Assembly (NCBI GenBank): GCA_016463545.1
Contig: JAEMRC010000001.1
Span: 1 to 50,559 of the forward strand
Origin: Ilumatobacteraceae bacterium
Lineage (GTDB): Bacteria > Actinomycetota > Acidimicrobiia > Acidimicrobiales > Ilumatobacteraceae
Direction: 5' to 3'
Length of the DNA stretch: 50,559 bases
The position numbers and the translations under genes were made by a program. This document shows positions 36,431 to 45,280 of this stretch, one piece after another. Below the pieces are notes generated by a model. It saw nothing but the letters and a program-made list of their open reading frames with translations, did not search any database and was not told where the DNA came from. How positions within the stretch are numbered: position 1 is the first letter of the stretch; the number at the start of each line of letters is the position of its first letter.

Positions 36431-37642
36431 TTAAACACAAATCACACGATCACGTATTGCCAAGTCTGCGTAGACACGGCGCAATCTTGCAGCAGCAAAA
36501 CTCCACGTGTAACGCGTGGCATGCTCAGCCGCAGCAGCAGACATTGCCGTCGTCATGTGAGTGTTGTTAAGAATTTCGGCAATATGTTCTGCAAAAATCT
36601 CTGGTTTGCGATTAGCCACCAAGAAGCCTGTTCGACCGTGCTCGACAACAGTAAGTAGTCCGCCTACGGCATTTGCCACAACCGGAGTTCCGCATGCTGC
36701 TGCCTCTAGAGCAACGAGTCCAAAACTTTCGCTGCGGCTTGGCACAAGAACCACATCGGCTGCGCGGTAATACGTTGACAACAAATGGTGTGGCTGTGGG
36801 GCAATGAAATGCACACGGTCGTTAAGGCGGTGTTGCGTAATTAGTGCTTGCACTGCAGCAAAGTAGGCATCGCCCTCGGCGCCACTTGCTCCGCCGACAA
36901 TCAGCAAATGTGCATCTTTGCGATCAAGCGCAGCGAGTGCTTCAACAGCGACGTCAACGCCTTTGAGAGGTTGAATACGGCCAACAAATAACAAGACAGG
37001 ATGATCGCTCAGACCAAGCGCCTTGCGAGCGCCTTTTTTATCGCCAGGAGCAAAGAATGCATGCTCTACTCCGGGTGCAACAATTTCAAGTGATCCAGGA
37101 GGTGGTCCGTATAACGACACAAATTGACGTTCTTCTTCGGTGCAACTCACGCAGATCGCATCTGAACAACCGATGACATTGATTTCGGCCTGTTCGCGGT
37201 GCGCCGACTCAAAGTCACCACCTTGCGCTTTGACACGTGCAAAAGTATGAAATGTCGACACAAGTGGGACACCAAGTGCATGCTTGAGATCGTGTCCAGC
37301 AACACCTGACATCCAGTAATTGGCATGCAAAACATCTGTGCCACCAGCAGCCGTGATGTGTTGCATCACATTGTCAGTGAACTCAGGAATCATTGACGGC
37401 AGCGAATCTTTAGGAATATCAAAATCACCAGCAGGGATGTGAACCACTTTGTGATTTGGTTCGATGTTCACCACTGACGGAAGACCTGGTTTCCAGGCTC
37501 GCGTGTATGTGGTGCAGTCAACGCCAGCGTGTGACAAGGCCGAAACTAATTCGCGTACATAGACGTTCATGCCACCACCATCGCCCACGCCGGGCTGAAC
37601 TAATGGAGACGTATGAAATGAGAGCACAGCCACGCGTTGCAT
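36431..37642 (-). CDS. mshA: D-inositol-3-phosphate glycosyltransferase (mycothiol biosynthesis), GT4 family
   Basis: 403 aa. The N-terminus RVAVLSFHTSPLVQPGVGDGGGMNVYVRELV closely resembles the MshA signature, and GT4 C-terminal E-x7-E-like region is present. Confidence 0.78.
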   Translation of the reverse strand: MQRVAVLSFHTSPLVQPGVGDGGGMNVYVRELVSALSHAGVDCTTYTRAWKPGLPSVVNIEPNHKVVHIPAGDFDIPKDSLPSMIPEFTDNVMQHITAAGGTDVLHANYWMSGVAGHDLKHALGVPLVSTFHTFARVKAQGGDFESAHREQAEINVIGCSDAICVSCTEEERQFVSLYGPPPGSLEIVAPGVEHAFFAPGDKKGARKALGLSDHPVLLFVGRIQPLKGVDVAVEALAALDRKDAHLLIVGGASGAEGDAYFAAVQALITQHRLNDRVHFIAPQPHHLLSTYYRAADVVLVPSRSESFGLVALEAAACGTPVVANAVGGLLTVVEHGRTGFLVANRKPEIFAEHIAEILNNTHMTTAMSAAAAEHATRYTWSFAAARLRRVYADLAIRDRVICV

Positions 37643-37737
37643 GCATTGTCAATCTATCCCCAGAGTCCTGAAATTGGCTCCGCGGAGCCGCCATTTGGTG
37701 GCCGAGTGATAATTGACTCAGGCCCTCGGGCCAGATT

Positions 37738-38220
37738 TCAGTCAGTCAGCAAGGCTGCTGTGCCGCCATCTCGCAAACGAGCAACAAGTTCTGCCGTGAG
37801 TGCATCGATTTGCTCAAACATCTGATGGCGTTGTTGCGAACAACTCTGCTCAAACAATGTGAGAGCGTCACGAAGTGCGCTGATATCTGCATCTGTTAAT
37901 GACTCAAGATTTTCAAATGAAAATTCTTCGCAGAGTTCATCGAGTTGCACTAACAAAGGATGATCGGCGGGAACATCTGTCTCACGTGGTGGTCGGGCGC
38001 TTCCGCCGCCGTGTTCTTGTCCGAAAACATTTGCCAGACGCTCTGTCAGGGTGCCACTTGGTGCAGGAGCCTTTGTTGCACGGCGGCGTTCTTCGTCAAG
38101 TACGAGATCGATGCGCCCTTGCGTCAGTCGTCGCACAAATGACACTGCGTCTTCTTGGCGTTGCAGAGCGTTGCGCTGAGCGCGCAAGTCTGACAATGAC
38201 AAGTGCGTTGCATCGCTCAT
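37738..38220 (-). CDS. RsiG-like coiled-coil protein (candidate c-di-GMP-binding anti-sigma factor)
   Basis: 160 aa. Residues 23-38, EDAVSFVRRLTQGRID, match E-x3-S-x2-R-x3-Q-x3-D exactly. Residues 124-139, EQSCSQQRHQMFEQID, match except Q to F. Confidence 0.5.
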   Translation of the reverse strand: MSDATHLSLSDLRAQRNALQRQEDAVSFVRRLTQGRIDLVLDEERRRATKAPAPSGTLTERLANVFGQEHGGGSARPPRETDVPADHPLLVQLDELCEEFSFENLESLTDADISALRDALTLFEQSCSQQRHQMFEQIDALTAELVARLRDGGTAALLTD

Positions 38221-38450
38221 TCTGATCCTCCTGAGACAGGTGGCAAAACTGCCAATTCATCGGTGTCGAGCAGAACACATGATGCGTCGGCTTCTTCGCC
38301 ATTCACCCAGATACGACTTGATGCCAAAACTGCAGCGAACGTGTCTCCATAACGAGCAACCGCAACATCCAAGACTTCAGCCACGGTTGCGCCAGGGACG
38401 CTGTCCGTTGACCGTCCAACAGCCTCACGTGCTGCCGCAAAAAAACGCAT
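38217..38450 (-). CDS. MoaD/ThiS-family ubiquitin-like sulfur-carrier protein
   Basis: 77 aa from ATG 38450 (MRFFAAAREAVG...ELAVLPPVSGGSE). The longer track ORF (to 38705) would overlap the divergent phosphatase gene. There is an ATGA overlap with the RsiG-like gene. Confidence 0.7.
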   Translation of the reverse strand: MRFFAAAREAVGRSTDSVPGATVAEVLDVAVARYGDTFAAVLASSRIWVNGEEADASCVLLDTDELAVLPPVSGGSE

Positions 38451-38496
38451 CTGAGCCACGCATCCGAGCGTACTCGCCGAACTACCCTTAGGAGCC

Positions 38497-39111
38497 GTGT
38501 CCTCGTCAGCCCCAACAACTCGAATTCTGGTCCTGCGCCATGGCGAGAGTGAATGGAACGCGCTGGGAAAGTGGCAGGGACAAGCCGATCCCCCTCTCAC
38601 AGATGATGGACGCCAACAAGCTTTTCGGGCGATTGAAAAACTTGGCACTTTTGATCTCATCGCGTGTAGCGATCTGCAGCGGGCACACGAAACCGCCCAA
38701 ATCATCGCTCACGGCATTGGTGTTGGGCCGCTCATTGTTGATGCACGATTACGCGAGACCGATGTTGGCGAATGGCAAGGACTCACGCATTCTCAGATAG
38801 AACGACAATGGCCAGGATGGCTCGACGGCCATCGACGACCCCCGTCTTTTGAGTCTGACACTTCTTTGATTACCCGCTTTACGGCAGCACTTGGGGATAT
38901 TTCAGAACTCTGCGCGGGAGGCGAGGCTCTTGTCGTAGCCCACGCCGGTGTTATCCGCGTCATGCGGCGCGCGTTGGGGGCCTCCGATCCTCGCATCCCC
39001 AATCTGGGTGGATGTCGGTTTCTTTTGACTCCTGGTGCGGGAGCAAAGTCATTGCTCGTTGAAGACGTTGTTGAATTACTCGTACATGGCCCAGTTGGCG
39101 AGGAACTGTAA
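38497..39111 (+). CDS. Histidine phosphatase family protein (phosphoglycerate-mutase-like)
   Basis: 204 aa, GTG start, catalytic LRHGESEWN motif and a downstream H (VVAHAGVIR). Confidence 0.8.
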   Translation: MSSSAPTTRILVLRHGESEWNALGKWQGQADPPLTDDGRQQAFRAIEKLGTFDLIACSDLQRAHETAQIIAHGIGVGPLIVDARLRETDVGEWQGLTHSQIERQWPGWLDGHRRPPSFESDTSLITRFTAALGDISELCAGGEALVVAHAGVIRVMRRALGASDPRIPNLGGCRFLLTPGAGAKSLLVEDVVELLVHGPVGEEL

Positions 39112-39113
39112 AA

Positions 39114-40304
39114 GTGTTTGCTCGCCAACTTGACGACTCGTACTCCCCCATTTTGCGCCATCGCTTAGATGCGTTGGTCTGGGCCCGCATGGCATCGAAT
39201 GCGTGCTACAGATTTTCGCCGCCGTTTATTGCCACCATCGCGGCTGGGTTCGATGTCAAAGTCAGCACGCTCGGACTTGCGCTGATGGTCGGAGAATTCG
39301 CCGGACTACTGAGCCGTTTTATTGGACATGCCGTTGATACGCGAGATCGCAGAATCACAATGACATGGGGAATGTTTGGTGTCGTCATCAGTGTGTTATT
39401 TGCTTCTATCGCAGTTAACCCATTGATGTTTGGTGCGAGCGTTTTTTTCTTAAGTGCCTCAAAAGTTTTGTTTGATACTTCAATGATTGCATGGATCAAT
39501 GAACACGTTCCATACGAACGACGCGGTCGTGTTATTGGAGTCATCGAAACATCATGGGCGTTAGGTCTTTTGCTTGGCGTTGCCGTGATGGGTCTCATCA
39601 CCATGCTCACGTCGTGGCGTATTGGCTTTGCTTGCGGCGCAGTTGCTGTACTGGTCACTGCACTAATTGTCATCAGACAACTGCCCAAAGAAAGAGGTGA
39701 TGTTGATGCAGTCATCACCGAGAAAGTTCGTATTCGCGGCAAAGCACTGTTGATCGTTGCAGCATCGTTCATGTTGATGGGCTCAAGCCAAAGCCTGGGT
39801 ATCACCTTTGGGCCGTGGCTAGAAGACAGCTTCGACGCCAAGAGCTGGATCACCGCTGTCGTCATTGCGCTTGGTCTTATAGAACTCGCAGCAAGTATTA
39901 CGAGTGCTCGACGCACCGACACATGGGGGAAAGAGAAAAGTGTTGTCTACGGTTCAGTGTTGATGGTGGTGTCAGCACTGCTACTCACCATTGGTCAACA
40001 ACATTGGTTGAGTGGAGTGATCTTATTGGTTGTGTTTATGGGCGGATTTGAGTTTGCCATAGTGAGCCTGTTGCCAATTGCTGCAAATTTGGTTCCGGGA
40101 AGCACCGGCGCAAGTCTTGGCGCTGTTGTGGGGGCCGGAACACTCGGTCGAGCAACATTTTCTTTTCTTTCGACATGGAGCTACGAGTCACATGGATTCT
40201 GGTTACCTGCCGTGATCAGTGCTCTTCTGGCGATCGGAGCAGGAGCGTGCACGCTTTTCTATCGCGCACCGCGAACATCATCAGTTATGTATAGCGGTGA
40301 GTGA
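39114..40304 (+). CDS. MFS transporter
   Basis: 396 aa polytopic membrane protein with two-halves organisation and an MFS-like loop (DTRDRR). It starts 3 nt after the preceding stop. Confidence 0.72.
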   Translation: MFARQLDDSYSPILRHRLDALVWARMASNACYRFSPPFIATIAAGFDVKVSTLGLALMVGEFAGLLSRFIGHAVDTRDRRITMTWGMFGVVISVLFASIAVNPLMFGASVFFLSASKVLFDTSMIAWINEHVPYERRGRVIGVIETSWALGLLLGVAVMGLITMLTSWRIGFACGAVAVLVTALIVIRQLPKERGDVDAVITEKVRIRGKALLIVAASFMLMGSSQSLGITFGPWLEDSFDAKSWITAVVIALGLIELAASITSARRTDTWGKEKSVVYGSVLMVVSALLLTIGQQHWLSGVILLVVFMGGFEFAIVSLLPIAANLVPGSTGASLGAVVGAGTLGRATFSFLSTWSYESHGFWLPAVISALLAIGAGACTLFYRAPRTSSVMYSGE

Positions 40305-41928
40305 TTGGCACACGACGGTCTCTGCCAAACGCTTTTGATGACACACGTACCCCAGGAGCAGTCTGGCGTCTTTTGTATTCACTGAGATCAACAAGTCTGG
40401 CTAATCGTCTGACGAGTACCTCATCAACGCCGCGTGCCACGATGTCGCTCACCGTGAGGTCACCATCTATATACATGGCCAAAATAGGATCGAGTTCGTC
40501 ATACGGCGGAAGACTTTGGTCATCACGTTGATCGGGTCGCAGCTCTGCAGATGGCGCCTTGTTAATGACCGCAACTGGAATAATTTCATGACCTGCTCGC
40601 TCGTTATATCGGCGGCATAGCGCAAAGACATCGGTCTTGAAAACATCTTTGATAACGGCGTAACCACCTGCAGAGTCACCGTAAATCGTGAAGTAGCCGA
40701 CTGCAATTTCACTCTTGTTGCCAGTTGTAAGAACCATCCAACCAAATTTGTTGGATAGCGCCATCAAAGTTGTACCCCGACAACGGCTTTGTAGGTTTTC
40801 TTCTGTGAGGTCTTCGTTGCGACCAATGAATGATGGCGTCAACATTTCAAGATAAGCAGAGAATGCCGGCTCGATTGAAATAATGCGGTGGTCGATTCCT
40901 AAGTTATTTGCAAGTGCTGCCGCATCATCTAACGAACCTTGGCTGGAATAACGCGATGGCATCGCAACTCCGTGCACGTGCTCTGCGCCAAGTGCATCAA
41001 CAGCAATTGCCGCCACAAGAGTGGAGTCGATGCCACCCGAAAGTCCAACGACAACATCAGTAAAACCATTTTTTCGCACGTAGTCGCGAGTACCTAAAAC
41101 CAGCGCCTCGTACATGGTGTCCAAATCGTCGAGCGGTTGGACGAGTTCTGATACATCACCCAGTCCATCAGGGCTAAGTTCAATAACCGAAAAATCTTCA
41201 GCAAACGAGATCATGCGGCTCACTAATTTTCCGCGTGCATCGAATACAACACTCGCGCCATCGAAAACTAACTCGTCCTGACCGCCGACTTGATTGACAT
41301 ACACGATGGCACAATTATTTGTGCGAGCACGCTCTGACAACATCTGCTCACGCTCCGCCTGTTTACCGACATGAAACGGTGAGCCATTGATGTTAAGAAT
41401 TATTCGCGCACCTGCTTGCGCTTGCGATGACACTGGCCCGCTCTCAAACCACACGTCTTCACAAATTGTGATTCCCATCGTTACTCCAGCGATGTCGACG
41501 ACACCACTCGGAATAGCTCCGGCCATGGCGGCGCCAGGCACAAAGTATCGCTCTTCATCAAACACGCTGTAGTTCGGGAGTAGTTGCTTGTGATACACCG
41601 ACACAACGCGACCGTCGCAACACAGTGCTGCTGCATTAAAGAGTTGGTCACCAATGGTGTCAACAAACCCCACAACGGCAGCGCACGGCCCGGTCGTTGC
41701 GGCAAATGCCCGAACAGCCTCCACGTTGTCATGCACGAACGCTTTTTTGAGCACAAGATCTTCAGGTGGATAACCTGTCAGGGTCAGTTCGCCAAACACA
41801 ACGACCGCACAGTCAGCGCTCACCGCTTGTCGGTATGACTCCTGAATTTTGAGCAAATTGCCGCTCAGGTCACCCACGAGAGGGTTGATTTGAGCCAATC
41901 CAATCCGAAGCGTCGATGAAATCGTCAC
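40285..41928 (-). CDS. nadE: Glutamine-dependent NAD+ synthetase
   Basis: 547 aa with an N-terminal CN-hydrolase domain (RIGLAQINP...FGELTLTGYPPEDL) and a C-terminal PP-loop (GLSGGIDS). Confidence 0.9.
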   Translation of the reverse strand: MTISSTLRIGLAQINPLVGDLSGNLLKIQESYRQAVSADCAVVVFGELTLTGYPPEDLVLKKAFVHDNVEAVRAFAATTGPCAAVVGFVDTIGDQLFNAAALCCDGRVVSVYHKQLLPNYSVFDEERYFVPGAAMAGAIPSGVVDIAGVTMGITICEDVWFESGPVSSQAQAGARIILNINGSPFHVGKQAEREQMLSERARTNNCAIVYVNQVGGQDELVFDGASVVFDARGKLVSRMISFAEDFSVIELSPDGLGDVSELVQPLDDLDTMYEALVLGTRDYVRKNGFTDVVVGLSGGIDSTLVAAIAVDALGAEHVHGVAMPSRYSSQGSLDDAAALANNLGIDHRIISIEPAFSAYLEMLTPSFIGRNEDLTEENLQSRCRGTTLMALSNKFGWMVLTTGNKSEIAVGYFTIYGDSAGGYAVIKDVFKTDVFALCRRYNERAGHEIIPVAVINKAPSAELRPDQRDDQSLPPYDELDPILAMYIDGDLTVSDIVARGVDEVLVRRLARLVDLSEYKRRQTAPGVRVSSKAFGRDRRVPITHRYT

Positions 41929-42074
41929 AATGCAGAGGCTACCGAACCAACACGGGCACCTCCTTGTGGTATTTCACACAGCCGTAACAGTTCAGCAATG
42001 GAGACGTCCTCAGAATTTGGCAGGATGTACCTACTTATTCCTCGGGTTTACCCGACTCACCCAAAGGACATGCT

Positions 42075-43088
42075 GTGCCAATTCAGGCTGAATACATCTG
42101 GCTCGACGGAACCCAACCAACCCCGTTACTGCGCTCAAAGACAAAAATCCTTCCCGACTTCTCGGGAGCCGTGACGGAGATGCCACTCGACGAGTGGGGC
42201 TTTGACGGATCATCGACAAACCAAGCAACAGGCGAAGCATCTGACTGCATCTTGAAGCCAGTGTTTCAGTGTCCAGATCCCATCCGTGGCGGAAAAAACA
42301 TCTTGGTGATGTGTGAAGTGTTGTTGGCAAAAGATGCGTCACCGCACCCCACGAACACTCGTGCAGCACTCGAAGTAGTCGCCAAGCGACACGCTGCCCA
42401 AGAAATGATCTACGGCATTGAGCAGGAATACACAATGCTTCGCCTCGATGGTTCACCACTTGGATTTCCTGTTGGTGGTTACCCCGGCCCACAAGGTCCG
42501 TACTACTGCGGCGTCGGAGCAGGACGAGTCATGGGTCGTGACATCATCGAAGAGCACACACAAGCATGCATTGACGCCGGTCTAAAAATAGCCGGAACCA
42601 ACGCAGAAGTTATGCCTGGTCAGTGGGAGTTTCAGATCGGACCAGTTGATGCCTTAGCAGTGAGTGACCAGATGTACATCGCACATTGGTTGCTGCATCG
42701 CATCGCCGAAGAATACGACGTTGTCATTTCGTTTGCTGCCAAGCCTGAAAAAGGTGACTGGAACGGAGCGGGTGCACACACGAACTTTTCTACTAAGGCA
42801 ATGCGCGAGGGATACGACGCTGTTGTTGCTGCGTGCGAAAAACTCGGAACACGAGTTCTTGAGCATGTTGAGAATTACGGCCACGATATTCAAAGTCGCC
42901 TCACAGGCAAGCACGAGACTGCACCCTGGAACAAGTACTCCTACGGAGTGTCTAATCGCGGTGCTTCAGTACGAATCCCGTGGCAGGTTGCTCGCGACCA
43001 AAAGGGTTACGCCGAAGACCGTCGTCCGAATGCGAACTGTGACCCCTACACAGTCACGCGTCTCATCCTCGAAACGGTGTGTGACTGA
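42075..43088 (+). CDS. glnII: Glutamine synthetase type II (eukaryote-like)
   Basis: 337 aa, GTG start with AAGGA SD (AEYIWLDG...NAEVMPGQWEFQIGP...GAGAHTNFS). Confidence 0.9.
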   Translation: MPIQAEYIWLDGTQPTPLLRSKTKILPDFSGAVTEMPLDEWGFDGSSTNQATGEASDCILKPVFQCPDPIRGGKNILVMCEVLLAKDASPHPTNTRAALEVVAKRHAAQEMIYGIEQEYTMLRLDGSPLGFPVGGYPGPQGPYYCGVGAGRVMGRDIIEEHTQACIDAGLKIAGTNAEVMPGQWEFQIGPVDALAVSDQMYIAHWLLHRIAEEYDVVISFAAKPEKGDWNGAGAHTNFSTKAMREGYDAVVAACEKLGTRVLEHVENYGHDIQSRLTGKHETAPWNKYSYGVSNRGASVRIPWQVARDQKGYAEDRRPNANCDPYTVTRLILETVCD

Positions 43089-43115
43089 TACTTTCGGTAA
43101 CAACTACATGTTCTG

Positions 43116-43148
43116 CAACGGGGGGCGTTATGCCCCCCGTTGTGCTTT
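43116..43148 (+). terminator. Rho-independent-type terminator after glnII
   Basis: CAACGGGGGGC-GTTAT-GCCCCCCGTTG (11-bp stem) followed by TGCTTT. Confidence 0.65.
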
Positions 43149-43208
43149 ACAAACAAGAGTCCGTGGGTGATTTACTAAATTTCACGGCACAATATAAGGA
43201 TGCCTCCC

Positions 43209-44546
43209 ATGCTTGATCAGCAACGCGATTATGTCCTCCGAACAGTCGAAGAACGTGGTGTTCGACTCGTTCGCCTGTGGTTTACCGATGTTCTCGGAAA
43301 TCTCAAGAGTTTTGCTATTAGTCCAGCAGAACTCGAAAATGCCCTCAACGACGGCATGACATTTGACGGTTCGTCAATCGACGGTTTCAGTCGGCTACAA
43401 GAGAGCGATGTTCTTGCAATCCCTGATCCCAATACGTTTGAAGTTATGCCATGGGTAGACGCCAAAGGCGCAGAGGCAAGAGTGTTCTGCGACATTCACA
43501 ATTTAGACGGAACACCATTTCATGGAGACCCACGACAAGTACTGCGTCGCAATCTTGATGCTGCTCGTGCTCAAGGTTTTGAATTTCTTGTTGCTCCGGA
43601 CATGGAGTATTTCTATTTCGAACCACCCGTCGCTGGTCAAAAGCCTGTCCCGTTAGACGAAGGCGGATTCTTTGATCTCACAAGCAACGATGTCTCATCA
43701 TCAATGCGCAAAGAGACAATCCGCACACTCGAAACGATGGGCATTCCTGTTGAATATTCTTTCCACGAAGACGCACCGAGCCAACAAGAAATAGATCTAC
43801 GACACACTGATGCGCTGTCAATGGCGGACAGCGTGATGACCTTTCGGATGGTCGTCAAAGAAATTGCTGCGATGCATAATGTGCATGCAACTTTTATGCC
43901 AAAGCCTCTTGAGGGCGTACAGGGCTCCGGCATGCATCTGCACTTGTCGTTGTTTTCTGGTGAGAACAACGCCTTCTATGACGAATCTGATCCGTATAAC
44001 TTGTCCCTAGTTGCCAAACAGTTTATGGCAGGCCTCTTGCGTCATGCCGCAGAAATAACAGCAGTCACTAATCAGACCGTCAATAGTTACAAACGCCTTG
44101 TTCCTGGTTTTGAAGCGCCAGTCCACATCTCGTGGGCGCGCAATAACCGAAGTGGTTTGATTCGTGTCCCTATTGCTAAACGCGGCAATGCAAGTGCCAC
44201 GCGCATTGAATACCGCTCACCTGACCCAGCATGTAATCCGTATTTGGCTTTCTCAGTTATTTTGGCTGCTGGTCTCAAAGGAATCCGCGAAGGATACGAA
44301 CTTGCGCCCGAGGCTGACGCCAACCTATTCGAGATGGATGATGATGTCTTGCTCAAACTCGGTATCGATCAACTTCCGCAATCACTGTCTGATTCATTGC
44401 GGATTATGGAACAGTCGTCACTCGTGCTTGAGGCACTTGGCGAGCACATCTTTGAATGGTTCTTGCGCAACAAACGGTCTGAGTGGCGCGCCTACAAGAC
44501 CCAAGTCACACCATACGAACTCACCCGTTATCTGAAATCCATCTAA
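43209..44546 (+). CDS. glnA2: Glutamine synthetase type I, GlnA2-like
   Basis: Near-colinear resemblance to mycobacterial GlnA2 as I recall it (MLDQQRDYVLRTVEERGVRLVRLWFTDVLG...). The track ORF starts at 43200. The ATG at 43209 has better AAGGA spacing and matches the family N-terminus. Confidence 0.88.
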   Translation: MLDQQRDYVLRTVEERGVRLVRLWFTDVLGNLKSFAISPAELENALNDGMTFDGSSIDGFSRLQESDVLAIPDPNTFEVMPWVDAKGAEARVFCDIHNLDGTPFHGDPRQVLRRNLDAARAQGFEFLVAPDMEYFYFEPPVAGQKPVPLDEGGFFDLTSNDVSSSMRKETIRTLETMGIPVEYSFHEDAPSQQEIDLRHTDALSMADSVMTFRMVVKEIAAMHNVHATFMPKPLEGVQGSGMHLHLSLFSGENNAFYDESDPYNLSLVAKQFMAGLLRHAAEITAVTNQTVNSYKRLVPGFEAPVHISWARNNRSGLIRVPIAKRGNASATRIEYRSPDPACNPYLAFSVILAAGLKGIREGYELAPEADANLFEMDDDVLLKLGIDQLPQSLSDSLRIMEQSSLVLEALGEHIFEWFLRNKRSEWRAYKTQVTPYELTRYLKSI

Positions 44547-44550
44547 GACC

Positions 44551-45246
44551 ATGGTGGCAAACGCTCTAGAAATGCTGGTGGTGTATCCAGATCCACCGCC
44601 AACGGACTTGGCGCGAATGCTCGACCTCTCTGGTTATCGCTGGAAAGCCGTGTCCAGCACAGACGAGGCAACGCGCAATGAACCAGCCAAGGGTTGGGCA
44701 GGCGCAATCATTGTGTGCGACGAAGACCCAGAGGCTGCGTGGTTATTCGCTCGCTCTCTGCGTAAACGCGACACACCAGTATCACCTGTGGTGGTGTTGG
44801 TATCAGGAGCACAACTCGCAGACCTTGAATTGCGAGATGACCTCTACGAGGACTTCTGTCTCACACCATTTCATCCGCGTGAGCTTGAAGCGCGACTGCG
44901 TCACTTGTTGTGGCAATCAGTCGGCGGCACAAGACCTGAACTCATCGAACACGGAGGTCTCGCGCTCAATCTCGAGACATACCAAGCGACATTCAATAAC
45001 CACCCGCTTGATCTCACGTACATGGAATACGAACTTTTGAAGTTCTTAGCGCAAAACCCTGGCAAGGTATTTTCGCGCGAGATGCTTCTCTCACGAGTGT
45101 GGGGTTACGAATACTACGGTGGAGCGCGCACAGTCGATGTGCACGTTCGGCGCTTGCGTGCAAAGTTAGGCGAAGAACACGCAAACCTCATTCAGACCGT
45201 TCGAAGTGTCGGATACCGATTCGGACAATCTCGCTGGGGCTCGTAA
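44551..45246 (+). CDS. glnR: GlnR-type orphan OmpR-family response regulator (atypical receiver domain)
   Basis: 231 aa with a winged-helix C-terminus (LDLTYMEYELLKFLAQNPGKVFSREMLLSRVWGYEYYGGARTVDVHVRRLRAKLG). No cognate kinase gene is adjacent, and it sits directly after glnA2. Confidence 0.7.
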   Translation: MVANALEMLVVYPDPPPTDLARMLDLSGYRWKAVSSTDEATRNEPAKGWAGAIIVCDEDPEAAWLFARSLRKRDTPVSPVVVLVSGAQLADLELRDDLYEDFCLTPFHPRELEARLRHLLWQSVGGTRPELIEHGGLALNLETYQATFNNHPLDLTYMEYELLKFLAQNPGKVFSREMLLSRVWGYEYYGGARTVDVHVRRLRAKLGEEHANLIQTVRSVGYRFGQSRWGS

Positions 45247-45280
45247 CTTTTTTAATTCAATGCATGCATAACAGAAACAA

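Noticed and set aside
38451-38705. Long form (162 aa) of ORF 38217..38705.
   Set aside because: The N-terminal 85 residues are Cys/Arg/Ser-rich nonsense and would overlap the divergent histidine-phosphatase gene. The MoaD-like domain starts at the ATG at 38450.
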